DNA of 64,000 nt. Origin: Diadema antillarum. Lineage: Eukaryota. The DNA lies in assembly GCF_040938485.1 (NCBI RefSeq), contig NW_027271019.1:806001-870000 (forward strand). The letters are read 5' to 3'. Shown here in pieces: positions 52,597 to 63,938 of this stretch. The translations under genes and the position numbers were made by a program. Every line of letters starts with the position of its first letter. Position 1 is the stretch's first letter. The notes under the pieces are model-generated. The model saw only the letters and a list, made by a program, of their open reading frames with translations. It was not told the DNA's origin and did no database searches.

Positions 52597-53377
52597 TAGT
52601 TACGTTCAGACGGCAGGCCCTAACCTCGAGGTTAGGAAACCTCGAGGTTTCGCTCTTGCCCCCTAACTACGACGTGTGTCCACACGACGAATCTTAACCT
52701 CGAGGTTACGAAACTTCGAGGTTAAGCTTCTGCCCCCCGTAACTACGAGTGGGTCCCACTCGATGTTAAAAACACAAAACCGGAAGTTTCAGCCCACACT
52801 GTAACAAGGCGTCTATTTATTCTTTAGTCGAACCCTGTCGGACTCGCTTACGGGGACTCTTTTTCTCTGTCATGGTATGCAGAGATAGCACTGCACTGAT
52901 GACTTTATGCCTTTATGAAGATATTCGTCGAAAACATTTTTTAGCGTCGGAGAAGAATATAGAATTCAGTTTGATAGCGAGTTCGATGTGTTCAGTTTCA
53001 GAGATCAAGCACATGGGAAGAAAAGATGATGCTGTTGTGTCATGCGTCATAGATTTTTCACGTGTGTTGTATTTGTGGTGTATGTTTGGGAGGTTGACCC
53101 GGAAGCAGAGGGAAATTGTGGGGGGCCGGAGTTTACGGCGAGGTCACTCTTAACTTCGAGTTCGTTGTGTTTTGTGTCCACACGGTGCTTAACTACGAGT
53201 GGGGACCCCCCGCGGCTCGTGGTTAGAGCGCTAACCATAAGATTTCTCGTGGCTCGAAACTTCGAGCAAACCTCGAGGTTTGCTAACTACGAGTGCGTCT
53301 TCACGGTCCCTAACTACAAGCTCTAACCTCGAAGTTTCCTAACTTCGAGGTTAAGGGCTCCCGTCTGAACGTAACTA
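52597..53377. mobile_element. 781-bp MITE with a perfect 17-19-bp TIR and AACCTCGAGGTT palindrome arrays
   Basis: tagttacgttcagacgg / ccgtctgaacgtaacta; about eight aacctcgaggtt/aacttcgagg palindromes and four taactacga motifs concentrated in both subterminal regions. Confidence 0.88.
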
Positions 53378-54316
53378 TTATGTCACACAACATCCTACAA
53401 CGTTGTAAGATGGAAGTGCACAGTATTTTTTTTCTTTGCTGTCTAAAATTGTCAATGCATAAAGAGTTGTCTTGCGCAGTAGAGGAGAGTACTAATCCTT
53501 TTGGCTGGTTTGGTTTTGGAGTATTATTGCTGTTGTAAAATATAGCAATTGCCTTCTTTTGTGCAAAGACAAACAAGTACTATGTATGCAAATATTTTAT
53601 CTTTCCAGTGAGAACTGTAAAACTGAGCTGCAGTATGATCCATAATTCACAATTCACTATACAGTATAATTAATCATCTATTGACAAAACGTTGCAGTTA
53701 TGAGAATATGAGGCATGTACTACTGCAGCAAGAAAAACTAAAGAGAACACTAAAATTGAGGAGGTACGAAACAGAAAACAAGTGTCTGATATGTCACTAC
53801 TTAAAGCAATTGTTCTGTAAGTAATGACTAAATTGAGATTGCCACATAAAAACACTGAGGATCGGTAGCAGGTGTGTGATGGTAATATTAGCATTCTCTG
53901 ATGGTAGTGAACGAGTGCTAGGTCCAATCCGGTCAGTAAAGGCATTTAATACTGAGTTAATCTCTGCTAGATCTCTGGTTTTGCAGTGTCATTGAGTGAG
54001 TATAGCAGGTAGACAACCAAGTAAAGAGGGATTATATCTCCTACGGTATCTACAGTGTGTATAAACCAATATTTACTGTCTTGCATCATATATCAATTAA
54101 TTTAGCACTTGTAACTCCGGCTGCATTGATCACCTCTCCCATGTTTGAAACACCTTTCAATATATACTACCAAAATGCCTTTGCAAAGGCCTTTCGCATA
54201 GCATTTCTTGAAATGTTACATTTATCATCTCTAAAGCAGGTTGAGAGGGTGGCCTTGTCACTGTGCAGCTCCACTGCACTGTTTGACCCCAGGAGCAGAA
54301 GTCATGCGAGGCGAAA

Positions 54317-54510
54317 AACTGTAAAACAAGGAATGTTCATGTGCATTTTAATTTCACAAATTTCACAAGTGCCAAGATTCGCGAAATCACAATGCACGTG
54401 AAAGTTCTTGTCTACATATATTGATTCAATGCCAGCGGCAATTTGCGAAAATTTCATGCTGCGAAAAAGGCCGTCGGCTCCAAGTTGCGAATATATCATG
54501 TTTTACAGTA
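54317..54510 (-). mobile_element. TACTGTAAAAC-family MITE in reverse orientation
   Basis: ctgtaaaacaaggaatgttc ... gcgaatatatcatgttttacagta; left TA mutated. Confidence 0.85.
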
Positions 54511-54603
54511 CACATTTGTTAATGTGTGCAGGCGCAAAGACAGAAATGGGCAGAAGATAAAGTTGGTGTAAGTAGGTCTGAGCCATAAATGCTTTTCAAA
54601 AAC

Positions 54604-54775
54604 CACTTTGCATTATATTATCATCTCTACAGAACTGCTTTTTTGGCTCAATTGCATTTTAGATTACACTCTTTTTTTTTTTTTGGCGTTTCAGAAACTA
54701 AGGCATTACTAACCCCATAATCAAAACAGCTTTGCCTTTATTGTCTGCCTATCTCCCTGAAAGTAATTTGGAAAC
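54604..54775 (+). repeat. Old dispersed repeat, homologous to 25520-25680
   Basis: Shared motifs in the same order as at 25520. Confidence 0.65.
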
Positions 54776-54855
54776 CCTAATTACAGGGCAGAAGTGAGTT
54801 GGGTTCTAAGTCCTCTCTTATTGACAAGCAAAATACAAGGTTCAGATCACCCCTC

Positions 54856-54856
<1 letters not shown>

Positions 54857-54891
<35 letters not shown>
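54857..54891. repeat. C35 homopolymer (G35 on the minus strand)
   Basis: Direct reading. Confidence 0.9.
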
Positions 54892-54892
<1 letters not shown>

Positions 54893-55236
54893 TTGCTACA
54901 ATAAGTATAAAATAAAATGATTTACCATTACCAGAGGGAAGATCAAGGACCTCCCTGAATTTCATTCTAGTTTTCTCTGATTACTTCAAGGTACCTTCCA
55001 TAATAGCCAAAATGAAAAACAAACATACAAACAAACAAACAAACACACAAAAACCATAACAAAAACATCTTGCCTCTCATGCCGATATTGCATTGTGAAG
55101 GTGTAAACCACCCAAATTGTTGAGAAAAGAGATAACATCATGTTTGAAAAAAGAAGAAAATAAACTCTTCTGCCTCCTCTACTTCCATTCAGTCATCTCT
55201 AGCATCAACACAAAACTCAACTATACCAATCCTACA

Positions 55237-55359
55237 CAGGGCCCTGTTTTATGAAGAGTTAACATTGATTATATACTTGATTTCAATTGTAAGTCTACGG
55301 CAGCCTGTGTGGTAAGGAAATTTAAAATCGATTTTACCTTTTGTTAAAACGGGGCCCTG
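55237..55359 (+). mobile_element. 123-bp GGGCCC-ended MITE
   Basis: cagggccctgtttt / aaaacggggccctg TIR; inverted homologue at 32238-32370. Confidence 0.8.
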
Positions 55360-55450
55360 TTTTCATTTTTTTTTTTCTGGGATTTACTTTTATCTATCTT
55401 GTAGCTTACCACACATAAAAATCTGGGTTGGGGGAGGGGGTGAAGGTTAA

Positions 55451-55875
55451 AGGCGGATAGTCCCGGTAGTGTAGAGGGCACTGTTGATGATACTACTGAT
55501 TACCGTTAGCATTGATATGAAGATTGCCGAAGTTGAGCTGTCATCAAGAGTAAAGCGCGTAGGTGCTGCTAGGTAACATTGCCTTCGTTGTCTTCTCTGC
55601 GTGTCACACAGTCTGTAGTGATGCCAGGAAGCGTGGTTATGTGCTTCTTAGTATGACATCATCAAAGAAGTTTGCTAAAGCTGCCATCCCCCTTAGCCGC
55701 ATCATGAGCCGAACTGTGATCGGACCACTGACTACAGTGGATCAAACTTTTTTGGACTCGAGGAAATGGGCCAAAGCGTAAGCGCTAAAGAGGAGTCGAT
55801 AGCGTAGGTCTCTATAGGAAACTTGCACCGTGCGCCTGCGTACACATTTGACTAAACCACCGGGACCATATGCCT
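55451..55875. mobile_element. 425-bp TTAA-flanked Kolobok-like element of a second family, CpG-rich interior
   Basis: ttaa|aggcggatagtcccggtagtgtag ... ctaaaccaccgggaccatatgcct|ttaa (imperfect ~24-bp TIR, AGG...CCT termini). Confidence 0.75.
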
Positions 55876-56309
55876 TTAAGAGAAACATATACACAGTAGT
55901 GTTGATGTATTTGGTTTTCTTTGAAGATCTATTATCTATCTTACTTGAGTTTCTGTGACATCTCTTTGGAAGAACTGTGAAACTACCCTCCAAACCACCA
56001 CTAGTTGATATAGCTGGAAAACTATGTAAGGCATGCTGAATTCTCTAAACCAGTTGAAACTCACACCCAAATAGTCTCCTGCTGCATATGTAAGTGCAAA
56101 AGACAACAAATTTAAGCAAAGTCAATTTTAAATCCTAAATGGCTAGAAAAATATCAATTTTTCTTTATTTTTGTAAAGAAAATGCCTGATGCGATCATCT
56201 TTGAATACCAGACACACAGCAAATACATTTCCTTCATGCATTCTTTTACGCCATCAGACAGCTACAATGTACATATTTTGTTTGTACAGGCACATAATAA
56301 CATCGTTAA

Positions 56310-56878
56310 AGGACAAGTTCACCTTCATAAACATAAGGATTGAGAGAATGCAACAATATTGGTAGAACACATCAGTGAAAGTTTGAGGAAAATTGGACAA
56401 TCGATGCAAAAGTTATGAATTTTTAAAATGTTTGTGTTGGAACCACTGGATGAGGAGACTACTACAGCTTGTGAGTCATATGCGTACAACAGTATAAAGA
56501 AAATGTAAAGAAAATTCAACATAATTTCATTTTTTTTCGCATAATAATAGAGCACTTGACATGCCTCTTTCTAAAGGCAGGGGGAATAATATTACCCATA
56601 ACATTTGTCGGTAACGAGTCAGGGGAATGTGTACTTTTTTCAAAAGATGAAATTTTGTGAAATTCTCTTTATATTTTCTTTATATTGTTGTACGCATGTG
56701 ACATCTAAGTTATTCACACACTGCAGTAGTCTTCTCATCCAGCGGTTACTGCACAAAAACTTCAAAAATTCATAACTTTTGAACGGATTGTCCAATTTTC
56801 CTCAAACTTTCAATGATGTGTTCTACTAATTTTGCTACATTCTCTCAATCCTTATGTTTATGAAGGTGAACTTGTCCT
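56310..56878 (+). mobile_element. Kolobok-like MITE copy K4 (569 bp, same subfamily and length as K1)
   Basis: ttaa|aggacaagttcaccttcataaacataagg ... gaaggtgaacttgtcct|ttaa; near-identical to 17451-18019. Confidence 0.92.
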
Positions 56879-57550
56879 TTAACAAAAGTTTATGACCCTT
56901 TTCAAACTTGCTATACATAAGGCAATTAGTGATGATAATAGCAGCCTGAGACAAACCCGGCTATTCACGTTAGGCATACTCGTCTGTGCTGCAATAAATA
57001 CTAGTAACAGATATCAGCAACGACTGGCATTTACAATTGTGCTTGCTGTTTGTCTCCGTCTCCTAAATCAAGTAAATTGAGACTCCTTGCGATATCTGCA
57101 TCCATTCCCATTAAGTGTACATGAATGACCTCTCTGCAAACTGGCTCCCACTATCAGAATGTGACTGCAAATAAAAATTTATCTTTGTGAGAGCAAGGAG
57201 TTATGCTGGTAACTCCTTGGTGAGAGGCTACTCTAGAGGTTTCAGTTTTTTTCAAATCAACCAAATTGCCCAATATCAAATAAAAGGACTAGTGTGTGTG
57301 AAGCACTGATTAGAGAAAAGGAAGTAATACTTCAGACAAGATCTATAAGGGATGGACTATCAAAACACTGCTAGAAAATAAAAAATATTGATTAAAAGTA
57401 TATTGAATAAAAAAGTCAAAATAAATTTTTATGATTTACTCCTGAATTGACAGAGTTGCTGATAGAGCACAAGACGCAACTACTGATCGTATGGTGCTGA
57501 GAGTACTACTAAGTGTACATGTAGCTACAATCACTTCTATGAACACTTAA

Positions 57551-58110
57551 AGAACAAGTTCATCTTCAGGTACATGTGGATTGAGCGAATGCAACAATAT
57601 TAGTAGAACACATCAGTGAAAGTTTGAGGAAAATCCGACAATCCGTTCAAAAGTTAATTTTTTAAGTATCTACGCAATTACTGCTGGATGAGAAGACTAT
57701 TACAGTGTGTGATGTCACATGCGTACAACGATATGATGAAAATAAAAAAAGAATTTCATAAAATTGTACTTTTTTAATAAAGTGCACATTTCTTGGACTT
57801 GTTACTTATGCATATTAAGGATAATATTATTCCCCTTGCCTTCTGAAAGAGAGAAGTCGAGTGTTCTTTTCTTATGCGAGAAAAGTGAAAATAAGGTGAA
57901 TTTTCTTTATACTTTCTTTATACCGTTCGTTGTAATCATGTGACATCACAAGCTACAGTAGTCTTCTCATCCAGCCATGACTGAGCAGAAACTTTAAAAA
58001 TTCATAACTTTTGAACGGAATGTCGGATTTTCCTCAAACTCTCACTAATGTGTTCTACTAATATTGCTGCATTCACTCAACCCACATGTCTATGAAGGTG
58101 AACTTGTCAT
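57551..58110 (-). mobile_element. Kolobok-like MITE copy K5 (opposite orientation to K4)
   Basis: ttaa|agaacaagttcatcttcag ... gaaggtgaacttgtcat|ttaa; central segment inverted relative to K1, K3 and K4. Confidence 0.88.
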
Positions 58111-60608
58111 TTAAACAGATAATATGGCAGAGACTGACAAGGAAAAAAAAATGCTGGCATAATGCCAGGCACAGTGAAAAGGTTCTTGAATAGTACTGTT
58201 TGTTGGCTAAAATGGGTTTTAACTTTAACAGAAGTGATTCTTTTGATACTGTTTTTATACCATACAAATACTTATTGAAATTATTTCTGAAACTCCAGAA
58301 AATTGAATGGGTTTGGCAATTTGTCATGAGCTGAATAAATTAACTGTTTTATAGATACCATAAAAAAAATGTCATTTCTGGGCTTTGTGTCGGTTTTGAG
58401 CTGATTCTGACAAAAGCCGTGCAGGTGCATATGAAAACTGGAACTTCAATCTCCGTGCATATTCTGTTTGTTAAGTCTACAAAAATTAATTCATTATTTG
58501 ATGAGCCCACTGGTACATATAAAATGTACATAAACTACAAAAATTATGCTAGACTGTTGGTGAACTTTGCAACAAAAAAAAAAATCACACTGCACAGCCT
58601 GATTACACCCTTTGGTCACCAGATTTGGTGTCTGTACTCAGCACAAGATACTGGTAGATATTTGGGATGTGATGCCCTGAAGCTCTCATGGCTGCCTTCT
58701 ATCCTACACCTCATCTGATAATCAGACATATATCTCAGCCAACCACAGTTCCCATCTATTTCTGGGTATAGGCCAAGCCATAGGGAGGCAAGCTAGACGT
58801 CATCTCGCTTGTCTGGGGGCCTGAAGACGACTGGAGCATTTCGTCTGGGGGATTGGGGTCATGCCTATGCTCTAAACCAACACTGCTGCATGACAACCTC
58901 TGATAGGGACACCATTCCTTTCCTTTGAAAGACAGAAAATGGTAATGACATACACAGCACACCGAAAACAAACAGGTAATTATCATCTCAGCATGAGAAA
59001 TCTCAGCATCTCAACAGTCCAAATATGATTTGGGAAAACTGCCTCAAGCAAAAATGCAGAACTTGCCTCTGGTTTTAAAATAAGAAAACAACAACAACAA
59101 CAAAGGAGTTCATCATCAAATGCATTTGACATGTTACTCGAGTATTACCTGGAAAACTGCTTAAGAATCATAACTTAGACCACTGATATCCCTTTATTCA
59201 ATCTAACACCAACAAAACACACAAAATATTACTTTCTTACTATGTTTAGGAAGCTATGATTTGATGTATTGCCACAATAGTTTTCTATTGCCACTGTAAC
59301 ACCATGTATCCTAACAATCCTGGATCTTTAAAATGCCAACATTTTTAACAGCAATATATAACATACAAAGTCTGATCTTGTCTAAATCTTACTCTCACAC
59401 ATACACACATGCACAGTGTACACACAACATTTAATATTTTCCCATAGCATCAAAACTGAGCAAAGCTCTGTTAATCTCAGTAGTTTAGAGAAACTATATG
59501 CCACCATGAATGATTTATTTACAGATAAATTCTGCATAAAAATGGGGGAGGGGGAATGATAATCTATAGGCCTCACCTGCCTATCTCACCTGCTCCACTC
59601 CAACTACTTCTTAACACTACCTCAGCCCCCCCCCCCAAAAAAAAAGCAAACAAACACACCACAATCAACATACAGATCAACAGCATTTAACATGATGAAT
59701 GATAAAAAAAAATGCTCATAATTGCTGTAAGCTATTGTAACAGAGGCTATATCCATATATGTTAACAAATTTGTGCTAGGTCATTGGAGGAAGACAATAT
59801 AAGAGCGATGAAGAAGGGGGAATTCAATTGAGTGAGGAACTCTGCATCACTTAGATTCCCCAGTTCTTCCATCAAAGGACGCGATGCATGCTAAAAACAG
59901 AAAAGAAAGCAGAATACCGTCAACCAATATTTGCAGCACTGCTTGAATCATTCATTTCCCCTCCAACAAGTGCACAGTCTACAGAGTCAGCCTGAATGCG
60001 GCAGCACATTCAATCAGCTACATGAAACACACTGACCATGAAATACTGTGGTGCACATCTACGAAATTCACTGAAACTTCAATGAAGCCCTCTGAATTCA
60101 TGCAAATGTTTCCAATTGTGTGGCCATTTGACTACATGTATGTCTACTGGGATAACGATAGCATGTGTACAAGTTATGTTGCTAGCAAGTAATGAGTATT
60201 GCCCTTGTGTCCTGTCATTAGTGAAACTACCTGTAATTCCATTAGCTAGCAGCAGGATATGGCAGCAAGTCATCTGTCATCACATGTTGATGTGGAAGAC
60301 TTTGATTTTGCTCCCCCCTCTCCCCTTCTCTTACTTTTTTTTTCTCTCTTTTCCCTCTTTCTCTCTGGGTGTTTAAACAGGTCTGACATAAACACAAATA
60401 GCATATATATCTAAACACAATTCAGAAATCACTGTCTTTGTTACTTTGCAATCAGTAGCTGAATATTTGCTAACTTCCTTACTTGTCAAAATTCACATAC
60501 ACTACTCACAAGACTCTTTCATTCTGGCTCCCTTTCTCCAAATGGTATCTCTGGAATTCTCCATGTTTCTATAATTACTTTTGACATATCTTATGCAGAG
60601 ACATTTAA

Positions 60609-60900
60609 AGGTATGGTATAGTTTTGGTTGAGATGGGGCTTCAGGTTTCCAACTTTTTTCTTTTTATATGATGAGATACCTCTCATGAATATGAAATAGC
60701 ATGCAATTTTATGAGGGAGTTGAAGTATATTTGATGAAAATTGTTTTTGAAATGGCTGATATATCTAAAACAAAGTGATCCTAATAAAAGGTAAGGCCCA
60801 CCTTTTATTAGGATTGCTTTTTTAGAATTTAGTTTTTTGATATCTCAGCCAATATAAACCCAATTTTCATCGAATAACTTTGAAATTCTCTTAGAATTGT
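60609..60900. mobile_element. Truncated TTAA|AGG-starting element (Kolobok-like relic) with an internal palindrome
   Basis: ttaa|aggtatggtatagttttgg; hairpin atcctaataaaagg..ccttttattaggat at ~60779-60815; no matching right terminus seen. Confidence 0.45.
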
Positions 60901-61046
60901 ATGCTCTGTGGTGTTTCATAAGTGGTTTCTTGATATCTCGCAAAATAAAAAGAAATTAAAAGCTCAATCCTCATCTCAACCAGTAGTATGTGGATGAACT
61001 CAGCTACAGAAAGTAAGATTTGCATGCATTCTAAATCCCAACTTAC

Positions 61047-61118
61047 CTTCTCTGGATCAGAGTCTACCATCAGACTGTTCTCCATAATTTTTTGTTTGGC
61101 TCCTCCTTTCCCAGACAT
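61047..61118 (-). CDS. Probable first coding exon (exon 61047-61144, ATG at 61118) of an unidentified minus-strand gene; MSGKGGAKQKIMENSLMVDSDPEK, phase 0
   Basis: Minus strand: pyrimidine-rich acceptor catttcttcattcag| (AG at 61146-61145), ATC-ATG-T start context, 24 open codons, consensus donor GAGAAG|gtaagt (GT at 61046-61045). The 26 nt upstream of the ATG within the exon are also open, so it could instead be an internal exon. Confidence 0.65.
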
Positions 61119-62148
61119 GATTGAGGGCAAAATGTGAATCCTTTCTGAATGAAGAAATGTACTTCACTGGTAAAAAATTGGAGGACTTTTCACTGTTTTG
61201 TACACTGAATATCCTCTACATTCAAAACACGTGCAAGAAGTACAAACATCCCCTTAAGGTAATACGGCAAAATGTCGGCATGAAAACGCATGCACAATTA
61301 ATCACAACATGGATGAGACAACCAAGTTTGTGATGTTTGTATGGAAGTGGTCACAATTGTCCAACTACTGCGAATGACAAGGCCACAGGCGAGTCTTAAA
61401 AACTCAAACTGTTGGTCCAGTTTAACGCTGCATGTAACTCTCCCACATCAAGCTCTTCTCATGACTTTTCTCCCTCTTTGGTGCATCAATTGCAGCACTG
61501 AGAAACGACTGCTATGAATGGCAGTGGATGGTGTTACATTGAAGCAAATGACAACTCTGCACACTGAACACTGAACGAACTGGGGGCTGCAAAGTTCCTG
61601 TCAATGGAGTAACAACATTGCCATAATCAGAATTTCTCCTCAACAAGACTGTCTCGATGATGGCATATCCATCTCTGAAAAGGAGAAGATAGTGTGAGTT
61701 GGTCACTAGTTTATAAAAAGAACATCTTCAACCTACAGCAAAATCCTCCAAACGCAAGACAGAGAACATCAAAAATGATTTATCTCACAGTTTACAGCTT
61801 TGTGTATCAATGCCATTGTTTGCATGACATTGGTCGCTATCAACAAGTCAAATAGGTGAGAAAGACCGGTTGTGTTGATATGGTACACAGTGTGCCAAAT
61901 AGGAGAGATGCAGGCGCAGACTATCAACAGACTTGAGATGAGTGTGTAGAAGGTAGAGGAGAGAGATGGAGAATGATGAAACTTGAATCTGCATCCATGT
62001 CTAACGACGGCCCTCTACACCAGGCTACGGATTCATTACGACACGACGTGCATCTATGTGCATGAGCAGCAGGACTACCTTTACCCTGCCAGCAATGTTG
62101 GAGGTATAGTCTGCCTATCCAGCCCCCTGCATTCTCTCACAAATGTCA

Positions 62149-62153
<5 letters not shown>

Positions 62154-62181
<28 letters not shown>

Positions 62182-62203
62182 TAAACACACACACAAACAC
62201 ACA
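62154..62203. repeat. Interrupted (CA)n microsatellite
   Basis: Direct reading. Confidence 0.93.
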
Positions 62204-62760
62204 CAATATAATTTGTACCAGTGAATCCTTTACTCTATGCAATGTATCAGATAGGAATCTGAGATATTGGAAAAGCAGTCACTACAACCATTGCAACTGT
62301 TTGTGTATCTTATCAATATTACGACTTAACAAAACTTTGAGGATGTTGCACAAGAATTTTAGCATGTGGCAGCGACATGCTAAAACCCCTCGTGGACCAC
62401 CCTGCTTAATAGATCAATTTAAAAGCATGATGTGTTGACACAAATTTTAATGCCATGCCCTTCCATTAGAAAGGATGTCTTACCTATTTTTTGGCCTACG
62501 TGTGCCAGATTGATTTCCATGCCAAGGGGCTAGCCTTTCATCAAGATGGCTCTGAGTTTTATCCCCCAAAACATGCACATGCACATCACTGAAATAGACT
62601 TAACCAGGACTATTCTCTATTCACATGATAGCTGGGACTGGAATGTGCAGTCTACTGGGCTCTGTCATGACTGAAGATGTCACTCAAATGGTGACCTGGC
62701 TCACTCCCAACCAAGGGTTGATTCGAGCCTTGACCTTTATCACACAAATTACATGTAGAT

Positions 62761-62840
62761 ACAGTCATTTACAATAATCATAATGAAAATACTAATAATA
62801 CAGTCATTTACAATAATCATAATGATAATACTAATAATAC
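62761..62840. repeat. 39-bp tandem duplication (2 copies)
   Basis: acagtcatttacaataatcataatga[a/t]aatactaataatac twice. Confidence 0.9.
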
Positions 62841-63379
62841 ACTTACAGATCCCTTTGATGGTCTATTTTCAAGGGTTCTAGCTAGAGTTTCCCCTCTAAT
62901 TATTCCTACTTGGACAATAATAATAGGATTCATTAACTTCAATAAAAACTTAAATCTTAATCATGATGTCTCATTCAGTAAACGTAATTGTACCAGGTCT
63001 ACGAACAAGCCAACTTATGACTCAACATGGGCATGAAAACAGGAATAAAATCATATTCTATTATTACAACTAATTGGGCAAATTTATGGTTTTCAAGGCA
63101 TAACAGAAGGAAGATCACTTAAACATTTCCCTGTCAAAGACGATCTTGTAAGATACTTCAAAAAGGCTATGGTAGCATTTTCTCAAGCGGGATAGTTATT
63201 TTTTTTAAATACGAGAAAGCTAAAATAAATCTTGTAACTCCTATACACCATGGAGTCTACAAAATGTCCTTTCAATAAGGTAGGGCACCTACACCCCTCC
63301 CTCATTCTAGTCTACCATATGTGACCTTGCACCACAAAACCAAAAAAAAAAAAGTCACCAGACATGGAATTTTAGTGAA

Positions 63380-63938
63380 AGGACAAGTCCACCTTCATAT
63401 ACATATGGATTGAGAGAATGCAGCAATATTAGTAGAACACATCAGTGAAAGTTTGAGGAAAATTGGACAATCCGTTCAAAAGTTACGAATATTTTAAGTA
63501 TCTGCGCAGTCACTGCTGGAAGAGAAGACTACTACAGTATATGATGTCACATGCGTACAACTATATAAGGAAAATAAAAGGAGAATTTCACAAAACTTTA
63601 CTTTTTGAATAACGTGCACATTTCTTCGACTTGCTACTGACGTATGTTAAGGGTAATATCATTCTCCCTGCCTTCTGAAAGAGAGAAGTGGAGTGTCCTC
63701 TTGTTACGCGAGAAAAATGGAAATATGTTGAATTTTCTTTATTCTTTCTTTATATCGTCGTACTCATGTGACATCATAAGCTATAGTAGTCTTTTCATCC
63801 AGCCGTGACTGAGCAGAAACTTCAAAAATTCATAACTTTTAAATGGATTGTCCGATTTTCCTCAAACTCTCACTGATGTAATCTACTAATACTGCTGCAT
63901 TCACTCAACCCACATGTCTATGAAGGTGAACTTGTCCT
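63380..63938 (-). mobile_element. Kolobok-like MITE copy K6 (same orientation and subfamily as K5)
   Basis: tgaa|aggacaagtccaccttcat ... gaaggtgaacttgtcct|ttaa; left TTAA mutated. Confidence 0.9.

Noticed and set aside
58756-58922. Minus-strand acceptor ttttctgtctttcaaag| and GC-richer ORF (..HDPNPPDEMLQSSSGPQTSEM..)
   Set aside because: In phase 0 after the 61047 exon it reaches TAG within 17 codons and no good donor is present.
60510-60568. 59-nt minus-strand open segment (KHGEFQRYHLEKGSQNERV) with a gtgagt donor
   Set aside because: The acceptor lacks a pyrimidine tract (aaaaagtaattatag), and inclusion would shift phase relative to the 23691 exon.
61512-61674. Strong minus-strand acceptor cttctccttttcag| at 61675
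   Set aside because: No convincing donor and all frames close soon; could be a 5' UTR exon but is unsupported.
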